Assembly (NCBI GenBank): GCA_964304625.1
Contig: OZ199840.1
Coordinates: forward strand, 717,284 to 781,283
Length of the DNA stretch: 64,000 bases
Direction of reading: 5' to 3'
Source of the DNA: Kudoa neothunni
Lineage: Eukaryota; Animalia; Cnidaria
Of the stretch, positions 40,576 through 54,314 are shown piece by piece. Numbering within the stretch: position 1 is the stretch's first letter; each line of letters starts with the position of its first letter. The position numbers were made by a program, and so were the translations under genes. The notes under the pieces were generated by a model, which saw nothing but the letters and a program-made list of their open reading frames with translations, made no database searches and had not been told where the DNA came from.

Positions 40576-41487
40576 CAGGGTTCGTCAACGACAAGCCCAG
40601 GGAAGGGAGTCCACTTTAAAGTTCAGTTGTTTTTATTACTAGACATCCATTGTATTATTTACCTAATTCTTAGAATCAGTCTTCTCGACCCACAACGACA
40701 ATTAATAGCAATATAAACGAAGTTAATTAAATATTATTTCTTCTTTAACTAAATTTAAATGTGTAAAAAACAAAATATAGCCCAAAATATTCCCATAATT
40801 AGATTTCTTTCACATTTAAACTTATTAAACGGTACTTTTCTCATTGTGACGAATGGAAACGTATAATTATTATTTTTAAAGATTTTGAACCATCATATTG
40901 GTATATGAAATATTAAATCCAATATAAATAAAATAAAGTTTATAACAGAATAACTGTAAAAAACAACATATTTTTATGAAAATATATAAAACGCCCGTTA
41001 TTATTTTCTAGCGATATCATCAAAATGTATTCTAATAAACTCAAAAACATATTTATCAAGCTGATTTTCAATTGTATTGTGTTAAATGCAATATATCTAA
41101 ATGACTAAGATATATTCTGACCCGCTTTATTTTTTAAAAGGATTTTTCGGCCCTGTTTAAAAACATTTTATGGAATAATTTAATAAAACGGCGATCGTCC
41201 ATACTGAATTGGGATTGGATATGAACTTGTAAATCTGTTGGAAACAAAAATGTTTCTTCTGGAGTCTTGGAATTTAATAATCATTTATATACCCGTTTAG
41301 TGCCTTTCCAAATTTGGTCCTAGATTAACGACCTTAAAATGAAAATGAGAAAGTTCTGATAAGTTTTAATCTTCAGATAATATTGAATATCGACCAGGAA
41401 TCGATTAATTAGTGAACGAAGATAGTTTGTTTTGTGCATTTGATAATTTAAATAATATCTCGTACAACGAAATCGTTGTCGAACCTG
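40576..41487. mobile_element. Possible non-autonomous hAT derivative (partial duplicate from 63277)
   Basis: Ends CAGGGTTCGTCAAC and GTTGTCGAACCTG resemble the TIR of the 32252 hAT. No clear TSD. Confidence 0.35.
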
Positions 41488-42049
41488 CCTAGAAAATTTA
41501 TAATGAACTTATAGATCCAAATACCCTTTTAATGAAATTTATATTCTTGTCGAAAATTTTAAAATGTTTTTAAAAGGTGTTGGTTGCGAATTAAAACTCA
41601 AATCTTAAGTAAATAATTATATTGGGAATATTCAAAAAATCTAAAATAATGGATTCTTCAAATAATTTTTATAAAATATTTAAAATTTCTGGTTTTCATT
41701 CAATTTTAATGTTGCCTGTGTACAGCATTATCACAAAAAACGTCACTAAAGAATAGATCTTAATTTTCTACGATTTCCAGGTGATTACAAATTATTAGTC
41801 ATTTAATTTATGATAATTTTTATTCCAATATTGCTCCCTCGCATCAATAAGATTAATAATAATTTTTTTTTCAATATTATTCACGAAGTTGTTAGGAAGT
41901 CAATGTCAATATATAACGAAAGCTAGGATACTTAAAATAAAAAAATCAAATAAAAGAAAAATTGTATATTGCTAATTAACGAAGAATTTTAGTTTAGATG
42001 TAATAAGAGAGATATATGTTTTTTTAGATAACGGTTGAACTATTCAAAT

Positions 42050-45000
42050 TTACGGTGTGTTGGCACGACGAGTCAATGTGACTTCCACTCTTCGAGGGTC
42101 GGAAATGTCTCGCATTTTCGAACGGGTCAATTTTTGGTTACCTTTAAGGTCATTAAAGGCTGCAGATGAAAATATAATACCTTGTACGTTGTTTTCTTGA
42201 GGATTTGTATCACCCAAAAATCTGTCCTTTAAATATAATAGGGCCATAATATCATTGATTGGTGAATAATTTTGGTTAGAAAATGGGTCCACAGCCTCTT
42301 GGAATTCATTACCAATTAATTGATTGCTTTGAAGTTCATCGTGGCTGACTTGTAAATCAGGCGTATCATTTCCAACATTTATGGTGGACGTTGTTTGGAC
42401 TGATTCCTATAACGTAGACAAAATTATGACGTGTGGATAGCAATCGAATTTACAGTTGTGGAAGTTTGAGTAGGATCACTACTGACACTTGATGTGGACG
42501 TGGATGTAGATGTGGATGTGGATGTGGATGTGGATGTGGGTGTAGATGTGGATGTGGATGTAGGTGTGGTCGTGGATGTAGATGTAGATGCGGGTGTAGA
42601 TGTCGATGTAGACGTAGGTGTGGACGTGGATGTAGATGTAGAGGATAGTTCAGCTTCCAAGTCATCAGTTTGTGGATCTATTTGTTTTATTTATAAGTAG
42701 GGCATGTAATTTTTGGCTCCTTATGCATAGAGGAGATTATATGCAGGTCTGCACAAACATCTCAAAGCCGAAAAATACTAATCAACATTATAAAGTATAT
42801 CATAAAATTATATTTCAGTTTCACCATTTTAATATAATTATAAGACCATTGAGATTTTTCCTCTCGAAAGAGATATTCTCTCCCCTGAAAGAACGTGCCT
42901 AATATTAAAATTTTAAATGCGATTGAAGACAACGGTAATTTTAAGGATTCATAAAAACTGTTGGCAAGTATATTTTGCTGAAATATTTATTCTAAACAAC
43001 GTGAATAAATGTTTTTCAACAAAAGTTTTAGCATTTGTATGTAATCGTGCTGTATTGCATTATTTTTAGGAAAAACTTATGAGTCTTCTGTAATTATCTG
43101 TTATTTTAAATGGTAATCCACCATACTCCACAGTGGAATTAAGATAAATCATTATTTTTTGATTTTTACGATCTTTAAATAACAAAATAGGGCCAGGAGA
43201 GACATTCTTTTACGATTCTACCGTTGAATGATGCTTCGATAATGCATCGTTTCTGCACACGGTTTTGTACACCACATAAACTTGTCGTACTTGTAAAAAA
43301 ATTCATTTAAATAACTTAGAAATTAACATAATCCTAATATAAATATCCAAATCGCATATTTTTCATCCTATTCTTATTAGGGCGCGCTTTTCGAAACAAT
43401 TCGAAAAAATAAATGTCGAACCAAATTAATAACATCTACGGTATAAATCGATTGAAATCAAAAATAGCATTTCCGATTTATAAGGTTTCATGAGATCGTG
43501 TATAAATTTGATTGATTCTGAGTGTTTTAAGGAGTACGTTAAAGTATCTCATAAAAACTTAGAGTCATTAAAAATTTTGATTTTTCCTGATTGAAATTCC
43601 AGAACAAAGATTGAGTTTATATCGAATATATTTATTCGACTGCATTCATTTAATTTAACTATAAAATAGAATAAATTTTTATTTGCATTTATTCTCGTTA
43701 AAATGTTTAATTAGTTGTTGTTAAAATTAATTTTGGTGTAATCGTTTTGTGAATTATATTTTAATATCGATTTTGTTGCAAAAGCCTGCCAATTACTGAA
43801 TTAAACGAAGGATGGTATCTTTAAGTAGCTAATTAAAAAATTAATATATTTTCGTCGTATAACATCTTGAGTATTACTATATAATTTCATATTTTACTAG
43901 TATTTAGGTTAAGTTCATATTGTTTAAAAATATGTTGCAAACAAAAATAAATATTAATTAATTAAAGAAGTAAATAATTTAATCATTATTGCATCTCAAT
44001 TTACTTCTTGGAATTTTAAAAATATAAAGAACTTTTTATCCTATCAATAAATTTGACATTTTTCCTGAAATTATCGTATAAATAATTATTTCTGTAGAAA
44101 CTACTGTCTGTATTTAATATTCTCCCGAGCTACATTTTTATATTGTAAACTACAAACTTTTATTTCGTATACTTTTCTTATAAAGTTTAAAAAGCCATTA
44201 AAAATTCGCGGTGAATATCATTTAAATTGATTTTTATTTTATATAATAAATAATGTTAATTTTAGCTTCTTTCAATTTTTATTAAATAATATTAAAATAT
44301 TATTTATTCAGAAAGTTTGATGACATTTTTTTGAGAAGGAATTTATGCTAGTATATAATGAACGCATTTCCTCTATGAAATAAGACATTCAAAGTAGAGT
44401 GTAAATGAGGTCCATGTCAAAAGCTTCTAAATAATTTTATATAACTTATTCATATAGTATTATATTAGAGAATCATTGAAAAACATTAAATAATTGTTTT
44501 TTACTTTATATTGTTATGTTAAGAGAACATTATGTAAGAATGGAGCATAAAAAATATCTGTTATATATAAATAAAAATATTGATATATTCAAATTAAAGA
44601 TAAATTTAATTTTTATAAATTAATGACTTTTTAAATATAAAAAATTGTGAAACAATTTAGATTGTGCTAGCTATAAGTTGCATTTTTGTTTCTCAGAATA
44701 ATAATCAATAAAAATTATGGCTTTTAATTATATAAATAAAATATAATTAAACTATATTCTTTTAATTATCATAAAAAGCACTAAAAAATAATTGTAATCT
44801 GCGGACAAAAAAACAAAAGTATTTTTGTTGTACTTTTTTAATGGAGGAATTAATTCAACATCTTAGAGGTGGAAAAATTGACAATTATAAGTCTTTTAAT
44901 GATTGTATTTAAAAAAAATATTTAATTGTTAGTAAAATTAGGTACCATGTTATATACACATATTTATTAATATTACAATAATCAAAAATACGTAATTAAA

Positions 45001-46265
45001 CCTTCTAACCATAATTTACACTAACGCACCATGAGGTAAGAAATAATATTATTACAAATCAAATAATAATCCAAAATAATGATAATTCATAATTTAACAA
45101 TAAAATCAAAGATTACCTTGTGTCATTTTAGATGTTATTTAAATTTATTGATTATTTTAACATTATATATCTTTCGTGATCAATAAAATAAAAAATTTAC
45201 GTTAAAATAAAGAATACGTAAAATATAATAATAATCTTTTGTTAAAATATTAACAATTATTTTTGACGAATAATACTCAGGATATTTCAAATATCATATA
45301 ATTTGACTAACAATTACTTTATAACGGTATTATAATTTTTAATAGATTTCTTTTTATTATTAAATTATTATTATTTAATATTATATATTAAATTTATAAA
45401 ATATTTATTTGAATTAAGAATATAAAAATTAAATATCTCTTAAACTTAATCAATTTGGTCCACTCGATGCATTAAAGAAATTCTGATAAACTCTACCCTA
45501 TCTACGAGGATTGGTTAAAACAACTCATTTAGTATAATTTTAATCCCTCCAAAATGAATTCATACCTCCGAATTTTATGTTATTAGAATTAAGATAATTA
45601 TTGAAATTTCGAATGCACATATTTTTTAGTTGAACTAATTGTCGTTCCTAAAATATATCACATATATAAACATTTATATTTAAATTACTTTGTTTGTAAT
45701 TTGAGATCGAATACTTTCTTGAGATAAAAGGAAAAGCATTATCATCTACATCCAAACTTGTTTTAGGAGAAAAATAATCATATACCTCACAAATAACATC
45801 AGTTATGGACTTTTTAAAATTAATAACTAAACAATTATGTTTGATTTACTAAATTAATTTAATAAATCTACTTTTGTTATTTATGCAATGGGCATTTCTG
45901 CCGCATACAATTCGAGTTCTTATTTCATTAAATCCTGCCACTGGGCGTTCACTGAGGTCATTGCACATTTGACTCTATTAAAATTTGAAACAAAAGTATT
46001 ATTATGAACTTTACAAGGGTTGGGTTAATTGAGACAAGCATTTCACTGTAATTAGCGTATATATATTTCAAATGATCGAACGATGTTCTCGTTAAACAAA
46101 CCTAAAGACAAACGTAAACTACATTTTTTGGGACTATAAACCTCAGTACAATTGTCTCTAAAAACGGGGATTTCTGTTGGAGCACATGTTACACTAAGCA
46201 CTAAAAACATTAATGACGTATATGATACAATGTTTACACAAAATTAGAAAATATATGCTTAACAT
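42050..46265 (-). CDS. Secreted Cys-rich-domain plus short mucin protein, copy B (intact)
   Basis: ATG at 46265, MLSIYFLILLLSVTCA, and the same exon structure as copy A. A phase-1 2.8-kb intron joins GGA G to AT CCA at ~42677. The mucin exon is followed by a last exon ESVQTTSTINVGNDTPDLQ...RRANTP* ending at 42050. Confidence 0.82.
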
Positions 46266-47130
46266 CTCAACTAATGCAGTATTTTTTAATATTAATTCAA
46301 ACACAACGCTTTTATACTAGTTTATTGATTAAATCACTTCTTTATTATATCTTTTGTTTAAAATATGTAATATATTAATTATCTTTGTGATAATTATTTT
46401 TTTTATCATTATTTATATTAAATATATAACAATTATTTGTTCAACTCTAAATTTTTTTCTTTTGAAATGATAATTCATTATATCTGTAAATAATCAATAC
46501 TTATTGTAATATTAGTAGATAATAATCGTAATAATATATTTAACGATGGAGAATGGATCGCAATTATTATATATACAAGATAGCTCCTGTATTGGGTTTA
46601 ATTTATTATTTACGTATTATTTTAATTTTGTTATATTATAAGAATTACGTGATTTTAATAGGTAAATTATATCGGAACAACTATTATTAAAAAACATAAT
46701 TATTTGTTTATAGAATTACATTGAAAATTAATAATTGAAATCAGCTAGTAATATTTTTGTTTTTTATAAGAAAAATTAATTTATGAAAGAGGTTTTTTTA
46801 CTTTTTTGGGGGTTAATTAATATGTGAACATATGTAATCCTGGAAAATAAGATCATATTGTATTCATAAAAAAAGTTGTTTAAAACAACAATACACGTTA
46901 AATTTCGTTCATGTTGCAAATCACTAATGTAAATATTTGTCCTCTGTTATAATAGAATGATATTATTTTAACATAGAAGTAATTTATTATTTAACTGAGT
47001 TACTAATAGTGACGTAGGTGAATTTCACACATATTATTGTAATCTATAAGATTCGTTTTTAATCTACCTATCAATCATCTCTCTTTATATATCTATATAT
47101 CTATCTATCTATATATATATATATATATAT

Positions 47131-50100
47131 ACATATTATTACATAAACGGTTATGTCTTCTTGCCCTAATATTGGAGCAGTGACGAACATCCAGTTATTC
47201 AACGGAAATGATGTGGAATCTTGGGTAGCAAAGTTTAATTTGCTCTTACTCCATAAAAATGTTCCGGAAGACAGATGGTCATTGAATTTATTGGTGTCGC
47301 TATCTGTAGAGGTGTTCATAGTGGTTAATGAAGGAGGATATGGATTGAATTCGCCATATGGAGATGTCAGAGAATTACTCCTTGCGAGATACGGCAAAAT
47401 TAGAGACTCGTACGTAGCCCAGCGGGAATTTTTCAACTGTATACATCAGGTCACCCAATCCCTCATAGAATTTGCACCGCAAATTCGAAGAAAGGGGAAG
47501 GAAGCCTTCAACTCACTATCGCATGTTCAGCTGGAAGGTATACTCAAAAACCAGTTCATCCATGGTGGTCGTTCGGCCGAGACCATAAAGAATCTACTGG
47601 TTAAAGGTCCAGAGAAATTTCAAGAATCGTATGAACTTGCTCAAAAGCTTGAATTTGCTGCAAAGAAGAAACATATATTTACGGATGATGATAAGCATGT
47701 GGTAGACGTTATGGCGGTCAAAAAAGAAAGTACCCTTGATATGATATTGAGATAATTGGAGTCGATGGATTTGAAATCTAAGTGAAAAGTCAATTGTTTC
47801 AACTGCGGTAAAACAGGATACTATAAAAAGGATTGTTATAAAAGATCTATTATGAATGTTTCCGGCTCGTGTTTGTTGTTTTTGTCGATTGAAATGGAAA
47901 ATTTTCGCATGAGGTGAATGGTAGACACGGGATCGCAATCAAGTATTACAAACTGAAACCTTTATAAAAGGCTTAACACCAGAGACATGAGGACTACATC
48001 CACTAAATTAATCTCGGTATGTTGTGACACATTATCGTTGAAGGGTGTTACGAATTTGATGATCCGATGTGGAAATATAATCTTGAGAAAAGAATTCGTT
48101 GTTGTTCCTAACCTAGTTTATGAATGCATCATCGGGATATACACTCTTCGACTTCTGGATTTCTCGTTTATGGTGGGAAATTCATGTTTGATAACCCTTG
48201 ATAATGATATAATTAATAATGTCAAGAATATATTCTTACAACTAAAAGGGACCGACGTAAAAACTGTTCTTCATGAAATAGATACGGACGTACATAAGCC
48301 GATTAAAGATTTTAGAAGACGAATACCCTTCCACTAACGTGAACTAATGGAACGTTTGATATAAGAGATGTCGGAAAACAACATGATAGAAAAATCGTCG
48401 TCAGAATGGGTCTTCAACGCAGTGGTTGTACCTAAAAAGAGTGGAAAATATCGTCTTTGTGTTGACTACAAGAAGTCAAATGCAATTACGACTAAAAACT
48501 CATACTCGCTTCCACGAATTGACGATATTTTCGTTATGCCAGGGAATGCAAAATATTTCTCCGTCTTGGACTTATAGGATGGATACCACAATGTACCCGT
48601 AGCGGCGGATGATAAAATGAAAACGGCTTTCGATGATGTGGATGGAATTTACCATTAAAAAAATGCCATTTGGATTGTGCAACGCACCTGCTACTTTCCA
48701 AAGACTTATGAACATCGTATTAGAAAAATTTATAGGCACTACTTACCTTTTGTATCTTGATGATGTTATTGTGATTGGAAAAAACTTGGAGTAACATAAA
48801 AAGATGTCGATGACATCATGATGACGTTAAAAGAATCAGAATTGAATATAAATTTAGAAAAATCTATGTTTTCTCAACAAGAGATTAAATTCTTGGGACA
48901 TTTAATTAGCGATGAGGGAATCAAACCCGACCCCTCCAAAACTGATACAATCCAAAATCGGCCAATACCTAAAAATACTAAAGAAGTATAGAGATTCTTG
49001 GGTCTCGTAAATTATTAACGGAAATTTGTGGAAAAATTCTCCGAAATATCGATTCCCTTGTACAATTTATTAAAAAACGGAATTACCTGGAATTGGTCAA
49101 CTCAATGTAACGAATGCTTTGAGAATCTCTAAAAGTAATTGTCGAACCAGTCATACTGATGTTTCCTGACTGGAAGGAGCCATTTGTACTGGACAGGGAT
49201 GCATATAACACATCAATTAGTGGTGTTCTTTCCCAGTTGATTGACGGAAAAGAGAAGGTTATCGCGTTTGGAAGTAGAAGCTAAAGTTCTAGATAAAAGA
49301 ATTATTGCACCACAAGGAAAGCTTCTCGCATTAGTTCATTTTGTAAAATATTACAAAGCATATTTGATTGGTAAAAAATTTTTGATACACACAGACCACA
49401 ACGCCATTAATTGGTTTCTTTCGTTTAAGAACCCCGAGGGTCAAGTAGCATGCTGGCTGGAACAATTAGCTGAGTTCGAATTTGATATAATTCATCGTTC
49501 CGGAAAGTTACGTACCAACGCAGATTTCGTATTGCGGATACCAACAAATTCAAATTTAATTTCGGCAACAAAAATATGTGGTATGGAGGAAAATGTAAAA
49601 AAAACTAGCAAAGGAAAGACATTGTTATAAAAACAGTTATCGATTGGTTTAAATCTAATTCTATACCAGTAACAGTACCAAAAAATGTGTGCAAAGAGTT
49701 GAGAACCTTTTGGATGCTACGTGAAAGTTTAAAACTTGTGGACGATATCCTTTATCGACTGTACGTTGACGAACACAAAAAAATTGAAACGCTCCGACTA
49801 GTGGTACCAACAATCCTAAAAAGAGATGTACTAAAGTATGCTCACGATGTGAATACAACTGGACATTTGGGCCACAATAAAGTGACGGATAAACTGATGA
49901 GACATTTCTTTTGGCCGTTCCAAAGTAAAGACATACGGAATTGGTGCGTATCTTGTGAGGAATATAGCACGAGGAACAGAATATCAAAGAAATTTGTGGT
50001 CAAACTTGACACTAAAATATATTCATACCCAATGTAAAGAGTTGCTATAGACATAGTTGGACCCTCAAAATACTACAGAAAAGGGCAACAGGTTTATCTG

Positions 50101-51061
50101 CGTATTTCAGGATTATTTCACAATGTGACCCGAGGCATTCCCTGTAGAAGATCAGATGGAGTCTACAATTCTACACAAACTAGTAAAAAAGTTATTAGTC
50201 GATTTGGAATCCCTCACTCTCTTCACAGTGATCAAGGACGAATTTTGAATCTTGAATATTTAAAGAAATGTGCCGAGTAATGCAAATTGAGAAAACACGA
50301 ACCTGTCCATATAATCCAAATTCCGATGGCATGGTTGAACGTCTAATTAGAACCATCATAGACATGGTTAGCAAATTTTCAGAAAATACAAGCAATTAGG
50401 ATGACGTAGTACCTCTTATTATGATGGCATATCGGTCTTCAGTCCATTCAGCCTCTAAATTCTCCCGAATTATTTGATGCTCGGAAGAGAAGTAAAGTCA
50501 CCATTGGACTTGGTATTAAATACTGATCAAATAAATTGCACTCTCCAATATTACACCCGAAAGATCATAAAGGATCTACGATTGGCTCATCGATTAGCTA
50601 ATGAAAATATGTTAATAGATTTAGAGAAAACAAAGGCAAGATATAATAAGCGTACTTATGGGACCCCATATAACATTGATGACAAAGTATGGGTTGATAT
50701 CCCAGTAAGGAGAAGCAAGCTGGATCAATTTTACGAAGGACCATAGACTGTAAAACAGAATATATCTGACTCGGTAAATCGACTAGAACGGGATGGAAAG
50801 GTTATGATAACGAATTTCGACAAAATGAAACCATTTGTGGAGCGGAGGAGTATTCTAAGCGCTGAACCAAGTTTTCCTTTTAAAGGGGGTAGAGTGTTGA
50901 GGCCTCTGGAAGATCCTATATGATGATAGAACCATATAGCGCCCTATGGAATAGAACAGAGGCATCTAGATTGTTCTAGAAGTATAACAACTTTATATAT
51001 ACTACTGGTAGTATGTTTGGGGATTATTGTTACATAAACGGTTATGTTTTCTTGCCCTTAT
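47131..51061 (+). mobile_element. Ty3/Gypsy LTR retrotransposon, degenerate, 5' LTR mostly missing; unit B only
   Basis: gag 47153-47755, knuckle CFNCGKTGYYKKDC (~47795), protease MVDTGS (~47918), RT (RLCVDY, LPRIDD, MPFGL, YLDDV ~48752), RNase H, then integrase HHCC and core. PPT AAAGGGGGTAGAG at 50882-50894 and a TG-initiated 3' LTR at 50895-~51061, whose last ~40 bp repeat at 47131-47171. Flanked by (TA)n. Confidence 0.92.
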
Positions 51062-52193
51062 ATATATATATATATATATAACGCTGAAGTGTCCGTGTGT
51101 GTGTCGGCATGTACACATGTGCAATAAAATTTTTTAGAAATCACCACGTTTCAAAAAATGTTTAGATCGTTTCCATACTATTAAATATTACAGAAGTATT
51201 CAGTAAATTGTGATTTTGTCGCTTCAAAGATTTTTAAACAGCTTACTTGAGTTCAACAATAGGATTAATACCTGCTGATGATCGGTTGAAGTTAAATTCC
51301 CTCCTTATAAACTTTATCAAATTTAAATTAAGTGATCTCATCTGACGTTTTATATCATGTTAGCGTGTATATTTATGGTTTTGTGCAAATACACTCCTTA
51401 TTTGTGGAGTTTAAACGTATATGACTTGATAAGTATATTTTAAAAATTCTATAAATTGTTTAAAATATGAGAAAAAGTATATGTTTGCATTTTTAATAAC
51501 GATTAGACGAGAAATTCTATAATCAGATAGATTGTAGCTTTATAATACAAGCACCATGTCCGTAGATTTCATTAAAATCTTCCCTTATAATGAACTTACA
51601 TTGTTTAACTTCAATGCAGATGGTTGTACCCTTTCCTCATCTAATTATATAAATTATTTATGTTGATATTGAAGCGATTTTTAGTTGATTATATTGGAAA
51701 AGTGCTCTAATGTTTTCCCCGGGCCAAACGATGCTAATTTTAGAAATATCAATTAATTTTCGTACGTTTTGTTCTATCTCTATTACTTTTTTTATTTTTT
51801 TCTCTCAAAAAGTTAGTGGTTCCACAGTTACCGAACCGGGCCAGAATTCGACTTTCGAAAATCCCCCGGATCAAAAAATAACGTTTTAGATAACACTTTA
51901 ACGGTATTTAAATAATTCGGGAATGATAAAAATACGACACTGACAATAAATTATTTAGCGTTGGTGACGGGCCACGAGATTTTTAAAAGAACAGCGGGAT
52001 TTGTACTTTCCTTCACAGAAATGATCATAATTTAAATTTCGCTAATCCAAATCGTTAAAAGTGTGTCATTTAAAAATTTTTAGTTATTTTTCATCTATGG
52101 GTTAATTTGTAACTTAAATATATTTTATGAATTTTATTAAAAAATACATCTTTGCGAAATCTTCCCCAAGCAACGGTGGGCAGTTCGCGCTAG
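51062..52193 (+). mobile_element. Non-autonomous Helitron, copy B (5' TA tract interrupted by the Gypsy)
   Basis: Near-identical to 30600-31699; ends in the same hairpin and CTAG|T. Confidence 0.7.
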
Positions 52194-52347
52194 TGTATAT
52201 AAAGTTCTTATGTCTGTTAGTGTGTGTGTTTGCAGCAGTCAATACGCATGTGCTTTGGAGAAACTTTATTTAAATACAACCTTTAGTTCGTGTTTGAATA
52301 GATGATACAATTAATAAAAATCGTTCATTTACTTAGAAGTTCAAGTA

Positions 52348-54314
52348 TAGCCGAGATTGGATACTGCGTAATTCCAAAATTTCGACGTTATTCTTTTTAG
52401 AGAGAAAACTAGTTTTTGTGTATTGTTATTATTTTATAATTTTGTAAAAATCGTTAATATTAAAAAATAAAAAAATTTATTATTTATGTATAAAGTCCCG
52501 TTATTGTGTGGTTCTAGTAAACCATCTATTTAAAAATAGAAAAGTTTTCTTCATTATTTACCGTTGAAAACGTAATAATTAAAACAAGATTGACATCGTT
52601 GATTATTATAATTCATTAAAGTATTGAAAGTCGTCGAAAAGGTGAGAATTTTTAAGTTTAATTTGAGTGATATTGTGATCTATGTTGAATATTAATACAT
52701 TGTCACGTTTAAGGTCAATTAAAAATTGATGGAATTATTTAACGAAGATAAATTCAACATTACAAATATTGAAACTAAAAGGAAGGCACATTTTTCGGGA
52801 AAATTAAAAATATAGATGTGAGCTGTATGACTGGATGGTTAAACAATGGTTGAATGATAATGTTCTGCCAAGATGTGTTTTTATCGAAGTTGTTTTATAT
52901 ATTGCATATAAACAAGAAATTTCCAATTTAGAGTCTAGTTAAAGGTGTTTTTCAGATTCGACGTCAAAATATAGGATAGTTTTCAATATGTTTCATGAGG
53001 ACACTGAGAATACAGAAATTTCATCAATTGACTCATGGACTGTCGAAGACACTAATTCGGTTAAGGCATATAATCCTAAAGCCGTTATAAACATTGATGA
53101 AACTTCCCTTCGTTTGTGAGTAGCTACAAAACATTGCTTATGTTTTAAAGGATGAAATCGGAATATAAGGGACAAAATATCCAGAAAAAAGTGAATGTTT
53201 TACTGTCGCTTTTCTTTGTAAATAGTGATAAACTCCCAATCGGTTTATGTTTAAATGGTAAATTTCAAAATCCTGGGTGTTTTAGCTGATTTAAACATCT
53301 ACCGCGTGAATATTATTCAGAAAACACACTGATGATGTGTAGGAGACTTATAAACGTAATTTGGAATTTAAACCAAAGAATGATAAATGAGAACAGAAAA
53401 TGTTTAATTTTGTTGGATCAATATTCTTTTTATCCCACAAATATTGATTTTTTTAAAATATCGAAATTTTTCCTACCGAAAAAACAACTAATATTCTACA
53501 AACCATAATTTAAGCATCATAAGATGCATTAAATATAACGCAGGAATACACTGGCTAAGCATATGGTTTTATGTGAAGCTTTTATCATCGAAAAATAAAC
53601 ATTACTAAACTCAATAATGCCATTAATTAAAATCGAGGATAATATTACTTCAAAAATTATATTTTATTGTTTTAAAAATATAAAATGCATTACAATAATA
53701 TATAAATCTGTAATAAAAAGTTGAATCAGTTTATAGAACAAGAAGAGTTAAGAAATATATCCCGAGCCAAAAACAATTCACCAAGTAACATTTTATGTAT
53801 ACATAATTAATCGTATTAAATGAATTTGAAGTTTACGAAAATATATTTGACGATAATAACTCTGCAATATGTGAGAAACAAAATCATGCGGACTTATTGC
53901 CCACAATGTCTAGTCTGATGATATCGAACCAATTATTAAACAAGTCAAAAGTTTAATAAAATAAATAAAAAATATGGTTAACACTTAAATGAAAGTTTTA
54001 ATTCAAGTGGATCCATCAATATTGTTTGATTCATATCCCACAACGTACAGTATATATAAAATATCAATAAAAAGATTTCTACATACAAAAATCACAGGAT
54101 TTTCTGACAAAATTTAATAACTCTTCCTTAATTGAACTCTATTTTATCTTTATTTTAATAAAGCTTGTTTGGAGGAATAATCATTAAACGTAAGCACATG
54201 AAAATCGTATTATAAAATGTGACTCGAACACATGAAACTGGATATTGCGTAAAATCTTTTCATTACGTGGGTTTCGGGATCAGCAAAAACCCACGCATTA
54301 TCCAATCTCGACTG
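52348..54314 (+). mobile_element. Full-length but decayed pogo/Tigger element
   Basis: TA-flanked TIRs as at 31854-32079. Residual INIDETSL (~53087-53110), LILLDQ (~53404) and FLPKK..NILQ (~53470-53500). Confidence 0.82.

Larger units (their letters stand above)
24550..41930. repeat. Segmental duplication unit A (paralog of unit B, ~41930 to >64000)
   Basis: Direct near-identity of 26210-30590 with 42690-47060, 30600-32015 with 51075-52510, 35060-39045 with 54645-58635, and 39052-41300 with 61755-64000. Confidence 0.95.

Noticed and set aside
38917-42180. Splicing of mucin gene B onto the downstream orphan TM exon to make a membrane mucin
   Set aside because: The TM exon needs a phase-2 donor, but the available mucin donors are phase 0 or 1, and the micro-exon acceptor is deleted.
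45545-45640. Resemblance of ERQLVQLKNMCIRNF to the last helix of short-chain helical cytokines
   Set aside because: A short match recalled from memory with a non-matching Cys pattern; not supportable without a structure search.
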